From an uncultured Chloroflexia bacterium (lineage in GTDB: Bacteria; Chloroflexota; Limnocylindria; Limnocylindrales; CSP1-4), in contig CAVRGP010000011.1 of NCBI GenBank assembly GCA_963720755.1, positions 32,001-96,000 on the forward strand: DNA of 64,000 bases, written 5' to 3'. The position numbers and the translations under genes were made by a program. Shown piece by piece: positions 38,526 to 47,856 of the stretch. The notes under the pieces were generated by a model, which searched no databases, was not told where the DNA came from, and was given only the letters and a program-made list of their open reading frames with translations. Within the stretch, counting starts at the first letter, position 1. The number at the start of each line of letters is the position of its first letter.

Positions 38526-40447
38526 GCTCGAGGCGCGACCGGCTCGGGCTGGCCGAGCTTCTCGATCCGGATGGCGGTGGCCTTGAACTCGGCCGTGCCG
38601 GACTTGGGGTCGGTCGCGTCGATGGTCAGCAGGTTGACCGCCACATCGTCCTGGAAATGCATGGTCATGAAGGTCAGACCGGGTCGCAGGCTGGGGTCGA
38701 TCCGGACCGGCACCTCGACCTGGCCGCGACGGGACACGACCCGGACGATCTCGCCGTCGGCGAGATCGTAGGTCGCGGCATCCTCCGGGCTGGTGTCGAG
38801 GCTCTCGCCGCGACGGAGGGGGGAGGTGTACCCGCCGGATTGAACGCCCGTGTTGTACGAATCGAGTCGGCGTCCGGTCGTGAGTCGGATCGGGAAGGTC
38901 TCGTCCAAGCGGTCGACGGGCGGATCGTGGTCGACCGGGACGAACGGCACCCGATGGCCGGGCATCGGATCCTCCCACAACCGTGAGTGCAGGAAGAGCT
39001 CACCCGGGTGGTTCTCATCCCAGCACGGCCACTGGATCCCGCCGAGTGCCTCGAGCCGGGCGTAGCTCATCCCGGCGAAGGCGGGGGCCAGCCGGCGGAC
39101 CTCATCCCAGACCGCCTCGGGATCCGGTTCGCCCCAGCCGGCACCCATCCGGTTCGCGAGGTCGAACACGATGGCGAGGTCGTCGCGGGCGCCCGGCGGT
39201 GGCTCGACCGCCTTGCGGACACGCTGGACGCGGCGCTCGGAATTGGTGACGGTCCCCTCCGCTTCGGCCCAGGCCGCGGTGGCCGGCAGGACGACATCGG
39301 CGAGCGCCGCGGTCCTGGTCAGGAACAGGTCCTGGACGACGAGGAAGTCGAGGTCGGAGAGGAGGTGGATCGTCCGCTTCTGATCCGCCTCAGACTGGAC
39401 GGGGTTCTCGCCGATGCAGTAGATGGCGGTCAGGTCGCCTCGCTCCATCGCGTCGAACATCCCGGACAGGTGCCAGCCGCGCTTGGGTGGCACCGTCACG
39501 CCCCAGGCGGCGTCGAACGGCGCCCGCAGCGCGTCGTTCTCGATGTGCTGGAACCCGGGCAGGCGGTCGGGCAGGGCGCCCATATCGCCGCCACCCTGGA
39601 CGTTGTTCTGGCCGCGCAGCGGGTTGACGCCGCTGCCATAGCGTCCGACGTGCCCGGTCAGCAGGACGAGCGAGATGAGTGCCAGCACATTGTCGACCGC
39701 GTTGTGGTGCTCGGTGATCCCAAGCGTCCAGCACAGGATCGCCCGGGGAGCCGTCGCGAACGCGTGGGCCAGATCCCGGATCGCTTCGGCCGGGACGCCG
39801 GTCTCGCGCTCGGCGTACTCGAGGGTGTACGGCTCCACCTTCGCCTTGTAGGCATCGAAATCCATCGTCGCCCGGGCGATGAACTCGCGGTTCTCGAGTC
39901 CCGCCGCGATGATCTCGCGGCCGACCGCGTTGGCCAGGGCGATGTCGCTGCCGACGTCGAGGCCGAGCCAGCGGTCCGCCCACTCCGCGCTCGACGTCCG
40001 GCGAGGGTCGATGGCGTACAGGCGGGCACCGTTGTGGATGCCCTTGAGCAGGTGGTGGAAGAAGATCGGATGGGTCTCGCGGGCGTTGCTGCCCCACAGG
40101 ACGATCAGGTCCGTGTCTTCGATCTCACGATATGAGGATGTGCCGCCCCCGGCACCGAACACTGTCGCCAGACCGGCGACGCTAGGGGCGTGTCACGTCC
40201 GGTTGCAGCTGTCGATGTTGTTGCTGCCCAGGACCGCCCGGCTGAACTTCTGGGCAGCGAAGTTGACCTCGTTGGTCGCCTTGCTGCAGCTGAAGGTGCC
40301 GAAGGTCGTCGGGCCGTGGGCCGCCATGGCGGCCTGGAACCCGGCTACGGTCCGGTCGAGCGCCTCGTCCCAGCTCGCGGGTCGAAGCTCGCCGCCCTTC
40401 GTGTCGCGCACGAGGGGCTGGGTCAGTCTCACGTAGGGCTTCGCCAA
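38522..40447 (-). CDS. fdhF: Selenocysteine-containing Mo/W-bisPGD formate dehydrogenase catalytic subunit (641 aa, Sec at 40195-40193)
   Basis: NNIDSCNRT-TGA-HAPSVAGL continues in frame into the 38522-40162 ORF; SECIS follows; PLRGQNNVQG; AGGAGG + TTG start. Confidence 0.93.
40164..40192 (-). promoter_or_regulatory. Bacterial SECIS element
   Basis: mRNA UGA CACGCCCCUAGC GUCGCC-GGUCU-GGCGAC hairpin with GGU loop, similar to E. coli fdhF SECIS. Confidence 0.85.
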
Positions 40448-40511
40448 GGGTGGCCTCCTGCGGTTCGACGACCCCGCGAGTGTAGCGCGTGCTGTCGGTA
40501 TCCGGCGGCGC

Positions 40512-42689
40512 TCAGCGGTCGTCGTCGCGGCCCGGTTGTGAGAAGAAGACCCGGAACAGGACGACGAAGCTCACCACGAGGGTCACCGCGAACGCGATCA
40601 TCGCCAGGTAGGCGACGCCCTGGAACTGGGTGAGTGACGGCTGGAGCAGGATGGCCATCACGATCGCTGTGCCGATGAGCTGGCCGACGACGATGACCCC
40701 GACCGTCGCCTGGCGGCCGATGTCGCTGACGCTCGCGATCGAGCGCTCCAGGCCCTTGGTGTCGACCTCGACGACGAACTTGCCCTTGTTGAACTGGTCG
40801 ATCCACTTGAGCGCTGCGTCCTCCATCGACGGCGCCCGCCGGGCGAGTTCCTTGCCGACCCGGACCGCGCTGCTCTGGAGTTGCTTCTGGATCTTCTCCG
40901 GCGTGAACGACTCCAGCAGCGCCGCCCTGGCCTCGATCACCGCAGCCTCGCCCAGATCGATGTCGAACGACAAGGCCCTGGCCGTCTCCTCGGCCTGGAT
41001 GACCGCCTTGATCGCCAGCGTCAGCTGGCTGTCCATGCGCAGGCCGTTGTTCAGCACCGCGCTCAGGAAGGCGCCGATGGCCGAGCCGAACGACGTCGCC
41101 TTGCCGTAGATGAGGTACTGACGGGCGAGCCGGTCGATGTCGTCGCGGAACCCGGCCTCGTCGTACTGGCCTGACGGCGTGCTGAGTGCCAGCAGCCCGT
41201 CGCCGATGCCAGGGATATCCACATCCTTGATCGCGTAGATGAGGCCGAGCAGATCGATCCGCTGCTGGGAGTTCAGTTTCCCGACGAGACCCAGGTCGAG
41301 GAAGATGATCTGTTTCGAGTCCGGATCGGCCAGGATGTTGCCGGGATGCGGATCGCCGTGGAAGAAGCCGTCGATCAGGACCTGCTTGATGATCGCCCGG
41401 ATGAAGACCGTGCCCAGCTCGGTCGTATCGAAGCCCGCCGCGCGCAGCTCGTCCGCCTTCGAGATCTTGATCCCCGTGACGAACTCCATCGTGATGACCC
41501 GCTGACCGGACAGGTCGTCCCAGACGAGCGGGACATGGATCGACGGGAACCTGGTCATCCCGTCGGCGAGGCGCCGGGCGTGGTAGGCCTCGTTCCGATA
41601 ATCCAGTTCCTTGAGGACGCCCTGGGCGAACTCGGCCACGATGCCGCGCAGCCCGACCTTGCGGGCGATCGACAGGCGCTTTTCGGCGACCCCGGCCAGC
41701 TCCTGCATGACCCCGAGGTCGGCCTGGGTCTTGGCCACGATCCTGGGACGCTGGACCTTCACCGCGACGACCGTGCCGTCATGGAGCCGAGCCTGGTGGA
41801 CCTGCGCGGTCGAGGCGGCCGCGAACGGCACCGGATCGAAGGTCTCGTACAGCTCCTCCGGGGAAGCCCCGAGTTCCTTGGTGATGATGGCGACGACGTC
41901 GTCGTAGGCGAACGGCGTCGCCTCGTTCTGGAGCTTCGACAGCGCCTCGATCCATTCGGCCGGCAGGATGTCGCTCCGGCTGGCCATCATCTGGCCGATC
42001 TTCACGTAGGTCGGCCCGAGCTGCTGGAGCATTCCCGCGATCCGCTCGGGACCGCTCGCCTCCAGCAGATGATCCTTGTTCCCGATGACCACCCGGTCGA
42101 ACCAGCGGCGGACCGCGCCGACCGGGGTGTCGGCCAGGGCGATGTCCAGCCCGGTCGCATAGATCAGGTTGTAGACCTGCTGGAGGCGCAGGTTCTCGAG
42201 GATCGCATTGCGCCGTGGCGTCGGCAGCGATTCGAGGAAGGCCCACATGCCGCGCCCGGTTTCCGATCGCAGATCCGGCCGGCTCAGACCGAGGCCCGCG
42301 TCCAGGAGCGTCGACAGCGCGGTGTAGAGGGCGGCTGCGACGACGACCCAGACGATGGTCGGCTCGGCCACGGTCGCGATCTTGATCGGGGCGATGACCC
42401 CGGTGATCCAGATCGCGGCGGCGTTGATGATCACCACGAAGAGGCCCATCGACGACAGCAGGAGTCGACCGGTCAGGGCGACGAGGACGGGACGGGCGAA
42501 CCGGTTGACCAGGACCAGGATCGCGGCCCACGTCAGGAAGCCGACGATCCCCGCATCCCGCAGCCCGAGGATCGGCGCCGACGAGGACCCGAATGGGAAC
42601 GGCTGCCCGACCGAAACGACGCCGAGCAGCAGGACGATGAACGCGAGCACGATGGCATCGAGGACGACCTCGACGAAGAAACGTCGCAT
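40512..42689 (-). CDS. ABC1/UbiB (AarF) atypical kinase with N-terminal 4-TM holin-like (YvlD/DUF360) domain
   Basis: LVNRFARPVL..L....L.SMGLF..IINA; LGPTYVKIGQ, AAASTAQVH, VAVKVQRP, FFHGDPHPGN, LDLG. Confidence 0.85.
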   Translation of the reverse strand: MRRFFVEVVLDAIVLAFIVLLLGVVSVGQPFPFGSSSAPILGLRDAGIVGFLTWAAILVLVNRFARPVLVALTGRLLLSSMGLFVVIINAAAIWITGVIAPIKIATVAEPTIVWVVVAAALYTALSTLLDAGLGLSRPDLRSETGRGMWAFLESLPTPRRNAILENLRLQQVYNLIYATGLDIALADTPVGAVRRWFDRVVIGNKDHLLEASGPERIAGMLQQLGPTYVKIGQMMASRSDILPAEWIEALSKLQNEATPFAYDDVVAIITKELGASPEELYETFDPVPFAAASTAQVHQARLHDGTVVAVKVQRPRIVAKTQADLGVMQELAGVAEKRLSIARKVGLRGIVAEFAQGVLKELDYRNEAYHARRLADGMTRFPSIHVPLVWDDLSGQRVITMEFVTGIKISKADELRAAGFDTTELGTVFIRAIIKQVLIDGFFHGDPHPGNILADPDSKQIIFLDLGLVGKLNSQQRIDLLGLIYAIKDVDIPGIGDGLLALSTPSGQYDEAGFRDDIDRLARQYLIYGKATSFGSAIGAFLSAVLNNGLRMDSQLTLAIKAVIQAEETARALSFDIDLGEAAVIEARAALLESFTPEKIQKQLQSSAVRVGKELARRAPSMEDAALKWIDQFNKGKFVVEVDTKGLERSIASVSDIGRQATVGVIVVGQLIGTAIVMAILLQPSLTQFQGVAYLAMIAFAVTLVVSFVVLFRVFFSQPGRDDDR

Positions 42690-42792
42690 CCGGGCCTCCG
42701 GGGTGAGCCGCTCACGAGTCGATCGCGTCGTAGCGTGACGGATCCCTATTGTCGGACATGCGGGCACGCGATGCAGGCGCCGCGCGGGCAGA

Positions 42793-43857
42793 TCAGACGA
42801 GCGCGACCGTGCCCGTTCCCGTCCGATCGGACTCGACGCGTCCGATCCACCGATGGCCCGCCCCGACCGCCTCGAGGGCCGTGTCGACCGCGCTGACGCG
42901 GTCTGCCGGCACACTCGCCAGCAGCCCACCCGAGGTCTGTGGGTCGTGCGCCAGGGCCACGGCCGGGCGGTCCGTGTCCTGCCCCAGATGCAGTGAACCG
43001 GCGACGAACCGGCGGTTGTGGGCCGCGCCGTCCGTCTCGACACCTGCCGCGGCCGCCTCGATCGCCCCGGCCAGTGCCGGGAGCGTCGCCGCCTCGAAGA
43101 CGAAGCGTGTCCGGGACGCACGGGCCATCTCCAGCCCGTGGCCCAGCAGCCCGAACCCGGTCACGTCGGTGGCGGCCCGGATCCCGCACCCGACGAGCGC
43201 ATCGGCGGCGACACGGTTGAGGCCGCGCATGCTGTCGATCGCCCCGGCCAGGTCGCTCGCACTCGCCTTGCCCTGACGGACGCCGGACACGAGCAGGCCG
43301 GTGCCCAGTGGCTTGGTCAGGACCAGCCGGTCGCCCGGGGAGGCGCCGCCCTTGCGCAGGAGCCGGTCGGGATGGGCGGCCCCGATGACCGCGAGACCGT
43401 ACTTGGGTTCTGCGTCGCGGATCGTGTGTCCACCGGCGAGCGTGCCGCCGGCCTCGCGGACCTTGGCCGATGCCCCGGCGAAGATCTCGGTCATGACCTC
43501 ATGCGGGAGATCCTCCGGGAACGCCGCGATCGAGAGCGCGAACAGGACCCGGCCACCCATCGCGAAGACATCGGACAGCGCGTTCGCCGCGGCGATCTCG
43601 CCGAAGGTCCGCGGGTCGTCGACGAGTGGCGGGAAGAAGTCGAGGGTGCCGATGATCGCGAGGTCGTCCGTGACCCGGTAGACGGCGCCATCGTCCGGTG
43701 GCGTAAGGCCTGCGATCAGCGCGTCGGGAGCGTCGATCGCCGCCGCCGCTCCGAGTCCGGCCAGGGCCTCGGCCAGCAGATCCGCCCCGAGCTTGGCCGC
43801 ACAGCCCCCGCAGTCGGTCAGCTCGGTCAACCGGAACGGTCGGTCGCTCGTCGTCAT
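42793..43857 (-). CDS. selD: Selenophosphate synthetase (Cys form)
   Basis: LTELTDCGGCAAK, DDGAVY, DFFPP, AANALSDVFAMGG, GGHT, TDVTGFGLLGH, DPQTSGGLL. Confidence 0.95.
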   Translation of the reverse strand: MTTSDRPFRLTELTDCGGCAAKLGADLLAEALAGLGAAAAIDAPDALIAGLTPPDDGAVYRVTDDLAIIGTLDFFPPLVDDPRTFGEIAAANALSDVFAMGGRVLFALSIAAFPEDLPHEVMTEIFAGASAKVREAGGTLAGGHTIRDAEPKYGLAVIGAAHPDRLLRKGGASPGDRLVLTKPLGTGLLVSGVRQGKASASDLAGAIDSMRGLNRVAADALVGCGIRAATDVTGFGLLGHGLEMARASRTRFVFEAATLPALAGAIEAAAAGVETDGAAHNRRFVAGSLHLGQDTDRPAVALAHDPQTSGGLLASVPADRVSAVDTALEAVGAGHRWIGRVESDRTGTGTVALV

Positions 43858-43898
43858 CCGCCGATGATAGAACGCTGCCTCGCGCTACCATCCGCGGT

Positions 43899-43995
43899 GG
43901 GAGCGGTCGGGTCCCGGTGGGTCCCCTGGTCTTCAAAACCAGTGGCGCGGCGCTCGGCGCGGCGCGGTGGGTTCGACTCCCACGCGTTCCCGCCA
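43899..43995 (+). tRNA. selC: tRNA-Sec (anticodon UCA)
   Basis: 6-bp D stem with CGGU loop, CTGGT-CTTCAAA-ACCAG arm, long variable arm, GTGGG-TTCGACT-CCCAC, G discriminator + CCA. Confidence 0.95.
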
Positions 43996-44004
43996 GGAGG
44001 GCCG

Positions 44005-45402
44005 ATGCCACCCGTCCACCCGCGTCCACCCAGCATCGAGCGGTTGCTCGCGGTCGCTCGTCCGCGCCTTCCGGATGCCACGGATCCCGACGCGCTGACG
44101 ATGGCGGCCCGGGCGGTGGTCGCCGACGAGCGAGCCCGGATCCGATCGGGCGAACCGCCGGCGACCGTCGAGCTGCTGGCCGACGACCTCGCTCGGCGGA
44201 TCGACGCCTTTGCCGACCCGCTCGGCGAGGCGAGCGGCCTGCGGCCCGTTCTCAACGCGACCGGTGTCGTTCTCCATACGAACCTCGGTCGGGCGCCTTG
44301 GCCGCAGGCGGCCATCATCGCCGCGGACCGCGCGGCCAGGACCTACTCGCTCCTCGAACTCGATCGCGACTCCGGCCGTCGTGGGCCGCGCTTCCGGATC
44401 GCGGAGACGCACCTCATCGCCCTGACCGGTGCCGAAGACGCAATCGTCGCCGTGAATAACGCTGCTGCCGTGGCGCTGGCCGTCGGGCTGGCCGGGAAGC
44501 ATGGCGTGGCCGTGTCCCGGGGCGAGCTCGTCGAGATCGGCGGCGGCGTCCGGATCCCGGAGATCATCCGGCGGACGGGCGCTCGGCTGGTCGAGGTCGG
44601 GACGACCAACCGGACGCGGGTCGCGGACTTCGAGGCACCGCTGGCCGAAGGGCGGGCGACCGTCGTCCTGCGGGTCCACCCTTCCAATTTCGCCCAGCTG
44701 GGGTTCGTCGAGGCGCCCGATCCGGGCGAGCTGGCCACCCTCGCCCACGCCCACGGGGCCATCGTGGTCGATGATCTCGGCAGCGGCGCGTTGCTCGACA
44801 CCGCCGCCTTCGGCCTCAGCCATGAGCCGATGCCGTCCGAGCGGCTGGCTGCCGGCGCAGACCTGGTCACGTTCAGCGGCGACAAGCTGGTCGGTGGGCC
44901 GCAGGCGGGATTGATCGCCGGCCGAGCCGATCTGATCGCCCGGTTGCGGAAGGATCCATTCGCCCGTGCCGTTCGGCCGGAGAAGACGATCCTCGCCGCG
45001 CTCGCGGCGACGCTTGGCCTGTATCGTGCGGGCCGCGCCACGATGGAGATCCCGGTGTGGCGGATGATCGCGATGACCGAGGCGGTCCTGACGGCCCGCG
45101 CGGAGGCGATCGTGGCCGGGCTCGGGGCCGCACTGCCGCCAGACCTCCTGGCTCGGGTGTCGATCACCGCGCTGGACTCGACGGTCGGCGGCGGTTCGCT
45201 CCCCGGCGGGATCCTGCCCTCGGTGGGGATCCGGATCGCGGGTCCTGCTCCGGAGGCGCTGACCGCCCACCTTCGGGCGGGGGATCCGGCCGTGATCGGA
45301 CGGATCGGGGACGGCGCCGTCCTCCTGGACCTGCGGACGATCGACCCGGCCGATGATCAGGGACTCGAGGTCGCGGTGACCAAAGCGTTGCGCGGCGCCT
45401 GA
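44005..45402 (+). CDS. selA: L-seryl-tRNA(Sec) selenium transferase
   Basis: NATGVVLHTNLGRAP, VNNAAA, SRGELVEIGG, EVGTTNRT, VHPSNF, DDLGSG, FSGDKLVGGPQAG. Confidence 0.95.
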   Translation: MPPVHPRPPSIERLLAVARPRLPDATDPDALTMAARAVVADERARIRSGEPPATVELLADDLARRIDAFADPLGEASGLRPVLNATGVVLHTNLGRAPWPQAAIIAADRAARTYSLLELDRDSGRRGPRFRIAETHLIALTGAEDAIVAVNNAAAVALAVGLAGKHGVAVSRGELVEIGGGVRIPEIIRRTGARLVEVGTTNRTRVADFEAPLAEGRATVVLRVHPSNFAQLGFVEAPDPGELATLAHAHGAIVVDDLGSGALLDTAAFGLSHEPMPSERLAAGADLVTFSGDKLVGGPQAGLIAGRADLIARLRKDPFARAVRPEKTILAALAATLGLYRAGRATMEIPVWRMIAMTEAVLTARAEAIVAGLGAALPPDLLARVSITALDSTVGGGSLPGGILPSVGIRIAGPAPEALTAHLRAGDPAVIGRIGDGAVLLDLRTIDPADDQGLEVAVTKALRGA

Positions 45403-45408
45403 CCACCG

Positions 45409-47247
45409 ATGACCGTCGTCGTCGGCACGGCCGGCCACATCGATCACGGCAAGACGACCCTGCTCCGCGCGCTGACCGGCATCGATGCGGATCGGCTCCC
45501 GGAGGAGCGCCGACGCGGGATGACGATCGACGTTGGCTACGCCCACATGGCATTCGCCGATGGCACGGAGCTCGACTTCATCGACGTGCCGGGGCATGAC
45601 CGTCTGGTCGGCAACATGCTCGTCGGCGCGGGCGAGATCGATGCCGCACTGCTGGTCGTCGCCGCGGACGACGGCCCTCGGGCCCAGACCCGCGAACACC
45701 TGGCGTTGCTCGATGCGCTTTCCATCCGCCACGGGGTCGCGGTCGTGACCAAGGCCGATGTGGCCGGAGCGGAGCGGACCGCGGCGATCGTGGCCGAGGT
45801 CGAGGCACTGCTCGACGGCACGACGCTGCGCGGATCGGGCGTGATCCCGGTCTCGGCGGTGACGGGGCACGGTCTCGACATGCTCCGCGAGGCGCTCGAA
45901 CTGTTGCGCGATCGCGTCGAGGCGGACCGCGGAAGGCTGCCGGGCCGGCCCGGACCTCGCCTGTCGATCGACCGCGTCTTCACGGTCAAGGGTCGTGGCG
46001 TGGTCGTGACGGGCACCCTGCGCGGTGGCCGGCTGGCGGCCGGCGACAGACTCCGGCTCGTCCCGGGCGATCGGTCGGTGCGGGTCCGTGAGGTCCAGGT
46101 CCACAGCGTGCAGGTGGGTCATGCCGGACCAGGCAGGGCCGCGCTCAACCTTGCCCGGTCCGACGCCATCGGGCTCCATCGCGGTCACGTCCTGGCCGAC
46201 GACCCTGCCGTTGTGGCGAGTGAACGGCTGCTCGTCGCGCTGGCCGGACCCCTGCCGGACCGCGCCCGCGCTCGCCTCCACCTCGGCACGTCCGCGGTCG
46301 ACGCGAGCGTCGGCCGGAGTGGACATGATGCGATCGACCTGTCGGATGGCCGGGCCGCGGCGATCCTCCGCTTGTCCGAGCCCGTGGCGGTCGCGATCGG
46401 CGACCCGCTCGTGCTTCGCCGCGGATCGTCCGAGGAACGGATCGTCGGGGGGATCGTGCTCGACCCGCGTCCCGCCCGAGGCATCTCCCGGCGGCGTCAG
46501 ACGGCCGAGCGGGTCGACCGGCTGGCGCTCGCGGTCACGAGCGCCGACGCCGGTTCGATCGCCCGAGCGCGACTGGATCTGCATGGCTTGCTGGAGTCCG
46601 GAGCCGGTCCATCGATCGCCCCCGACGTCGCCGGATCGGTGGCAGACGCCGTCGTCGAGGCCGTTGCCGAGCCCGTCGCGCTCGCCGATGCCCGGACGCT
46701 GGCCGCCCGGATGTTGCGACGGATCGTCACGGCGGATCGCTCGGCAGCTGCGGCCGCGGGCGAGTCGATGGTCAGGGAACTGATCGCGGGCGGCCGGTTC
46801 GTCCGGGATGGAGCGATGCTGCGTCCCGCGGGTGCGGCATCCGCGCCACCGGTGTCGTCCGATCCTGTCCTCGCGGCCGCGATGGACCGGCTGGAGAGGT
46901 CGCTCGACGAGGCGTCACCGCCGGGCCTCGAGGCGGCCGCCCGGGCCGCCGGCTGCTCCGACACCGGCATCCGCGAACTCGAGCGGACCGGTCGGATCGT
47001 CATCCTGGAGCCCGATCTCGCCTACGCCGCGCGCGCCTACCGATCGCTGGTCGAGACAGCGGTCACCATGGCCACCCAGGCACCGCTCACGCCGGCGGCA
47101 CTGCGCGACGCCACCGGGACGAGCCGGCGGTACGTGCTGGCGATCTTGACCGACCTGGATCGGCGGGCGATCCTCCGGCGAGCGCCCGACGGGCACGTCC
47201 CTGGTCCGAGATCCGGCGCGCCGACGATCGCCCCGGGTGGCCGATGA
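45409..47247 (+). CDS. selB: Selenocysteine-specific elongation factor
   Basis: GTAGHIDHGKT, RGMTIDVG, DVPGH, QTREHL, IDRVFTVKG.G.VVTGT, C-terminal GTSRRY winged helix. Confidence 0.95.
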   Translation: MTVVVGTAGHIDHGKTTLLRALTGIDADRLPEERRRGMTIDVGYAHMAFADGTELDFIDVPGHDRLVGNMLVGAGEIDAALLVVAADDGPRAQTREHLALLDALSIRHGVAVVTKADVAGAERTAAIVAEVEALLDGTTLRGSGVIPVSAVTGHGLDMLREALELLRDRVEADRGRLPGRPGPRLSIDRVFTVKGRGVVVTGTLRGGRLAAGDRLRLVPGDRSVRVREVQVHSVQVGHAGPGRAALNLARSDAIGLHRGHVLADDPAVVASERLLVALAGPLPDRARARLHLGTSAVDASVGRSGHDAIDLSDGRAAAILRLSEPVAVAIGDPLVLRRGSSEERIVGGIVLDPRPARGISRRRQTAERVDRLALAVTSADAGSIARARLDLHGLLESGAGPSIAPDVAGSVADAVVEAVAEPVALADARTLAARMLRRIVTADRSAAAAAGESMVRELIAGGRFVRDGAMLRPAGAASAPPVSSDPVLAAAMDRLERSLDEASPPGLEAAARAAGCSDTGIRELERTGRIVILEPDLAYAARAYRSLVETAVTMATQAPLTPAALRDATGTSRRYVLAILTDLDRRAILRRAPDGHVPGPRSGAPTIAPGGR

Positions 47248-47828
47248 CCGCCGCGCGGGTCAGCGCGGTCATCCTGGCCGGGGGGCGCTCCGAGCGGTTC
47301 GGGCGCGACAAGCTGGCTGAACCGATCGATGGCCGACCCGTCCTCGTGCACGCCATCGAGGCTGTCCGCGTCCACGCGACCGAGATCGTGGTCGTGGCCC
47401 CGCCGGGGGTGACGCCGGCGCTGCCACTGGGCGTCCGACTGGTGCACGACACGGTCGCCTACCGGGGGCCGTTGGCCGGGTTGTCAACCGGGCTCCTGGC
47501 CTGCCGCGAACCGGTCGCTCTCGTGATCGGGGGCGACATGCCGTGGCTCGCGGACGCGGTCGTCGCCTTGCTCATCGCCCGCATCGTGGATGCCGACACC
47601 GATGCTGTCGTCCTCGAACATGACGGCCGGCCGCGCCCGCTCCCATCGATCGTTCGACGGGATCGCGCGCTCGAGATGGCAGATCGGTTCCTGGACCGCG
47701 GCGAACGGAGCCTGCGAGCCCTGGTCGAAGGGCTCGGTGCGGTCGTCATCGGCGAAGTGGAGTGGCGAATGGCCGATCCAGATGGCCGGACCATGCACGA
47801 CATCGACACGGTGGCCGACCTCGATTGA
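47244..47828 (+). CDS. mobA: Molybdenum cofactor guanylyltransferase
   Basis: ILAGGRSERFGRDK, GPLAGL, GDMP, DIDT..D. Confidence 0.88.
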   Translation: MTAARVSAVILAGGRSERFGRDKLAEPIDGRPVLVHAIEAVRVHATEIVVVAPPGVTPALPLGVRLVHDTVAYRGPLAGLSTGLLACREPVALVIGGDMPWLADAVVALLIARIVDADTDAVVLEHDGRPRPLPSIVRRDRALEMADRFLDRGERSLRALVEGLGAVVIGEVEWRMADPDGRTMHDIDTVADLD

Positions 47829-47856
47829 GCCGTCGGCGGATCGCGGGCCGGGTGGA

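Noticed and set aside
38522-40447. fdh as a nonsense-disrupted pseudogene
   Set aside because: The TGA is at the Mo-ligand position with a SECIS and selABCD nearby
42290-42689. Prophage lysis gene
   Set aside because: The holin-like domain is fused to a cellular kinase and there are no phage genes nearby
43899-44100. selC as an integration site for an island
   Set aside because: selA follows directly; no integrase or duplicated tRNA 3' end was seen
43933-46584. Long antisense or alternate-frame ORFs (also 16709-18673 +, 33705-35690 +, 47590-49572 +, 28725-30425 -)
   Set aside because: Shadow ORFs expected at high GC; they overlap well-supported genes and carry no family motifs
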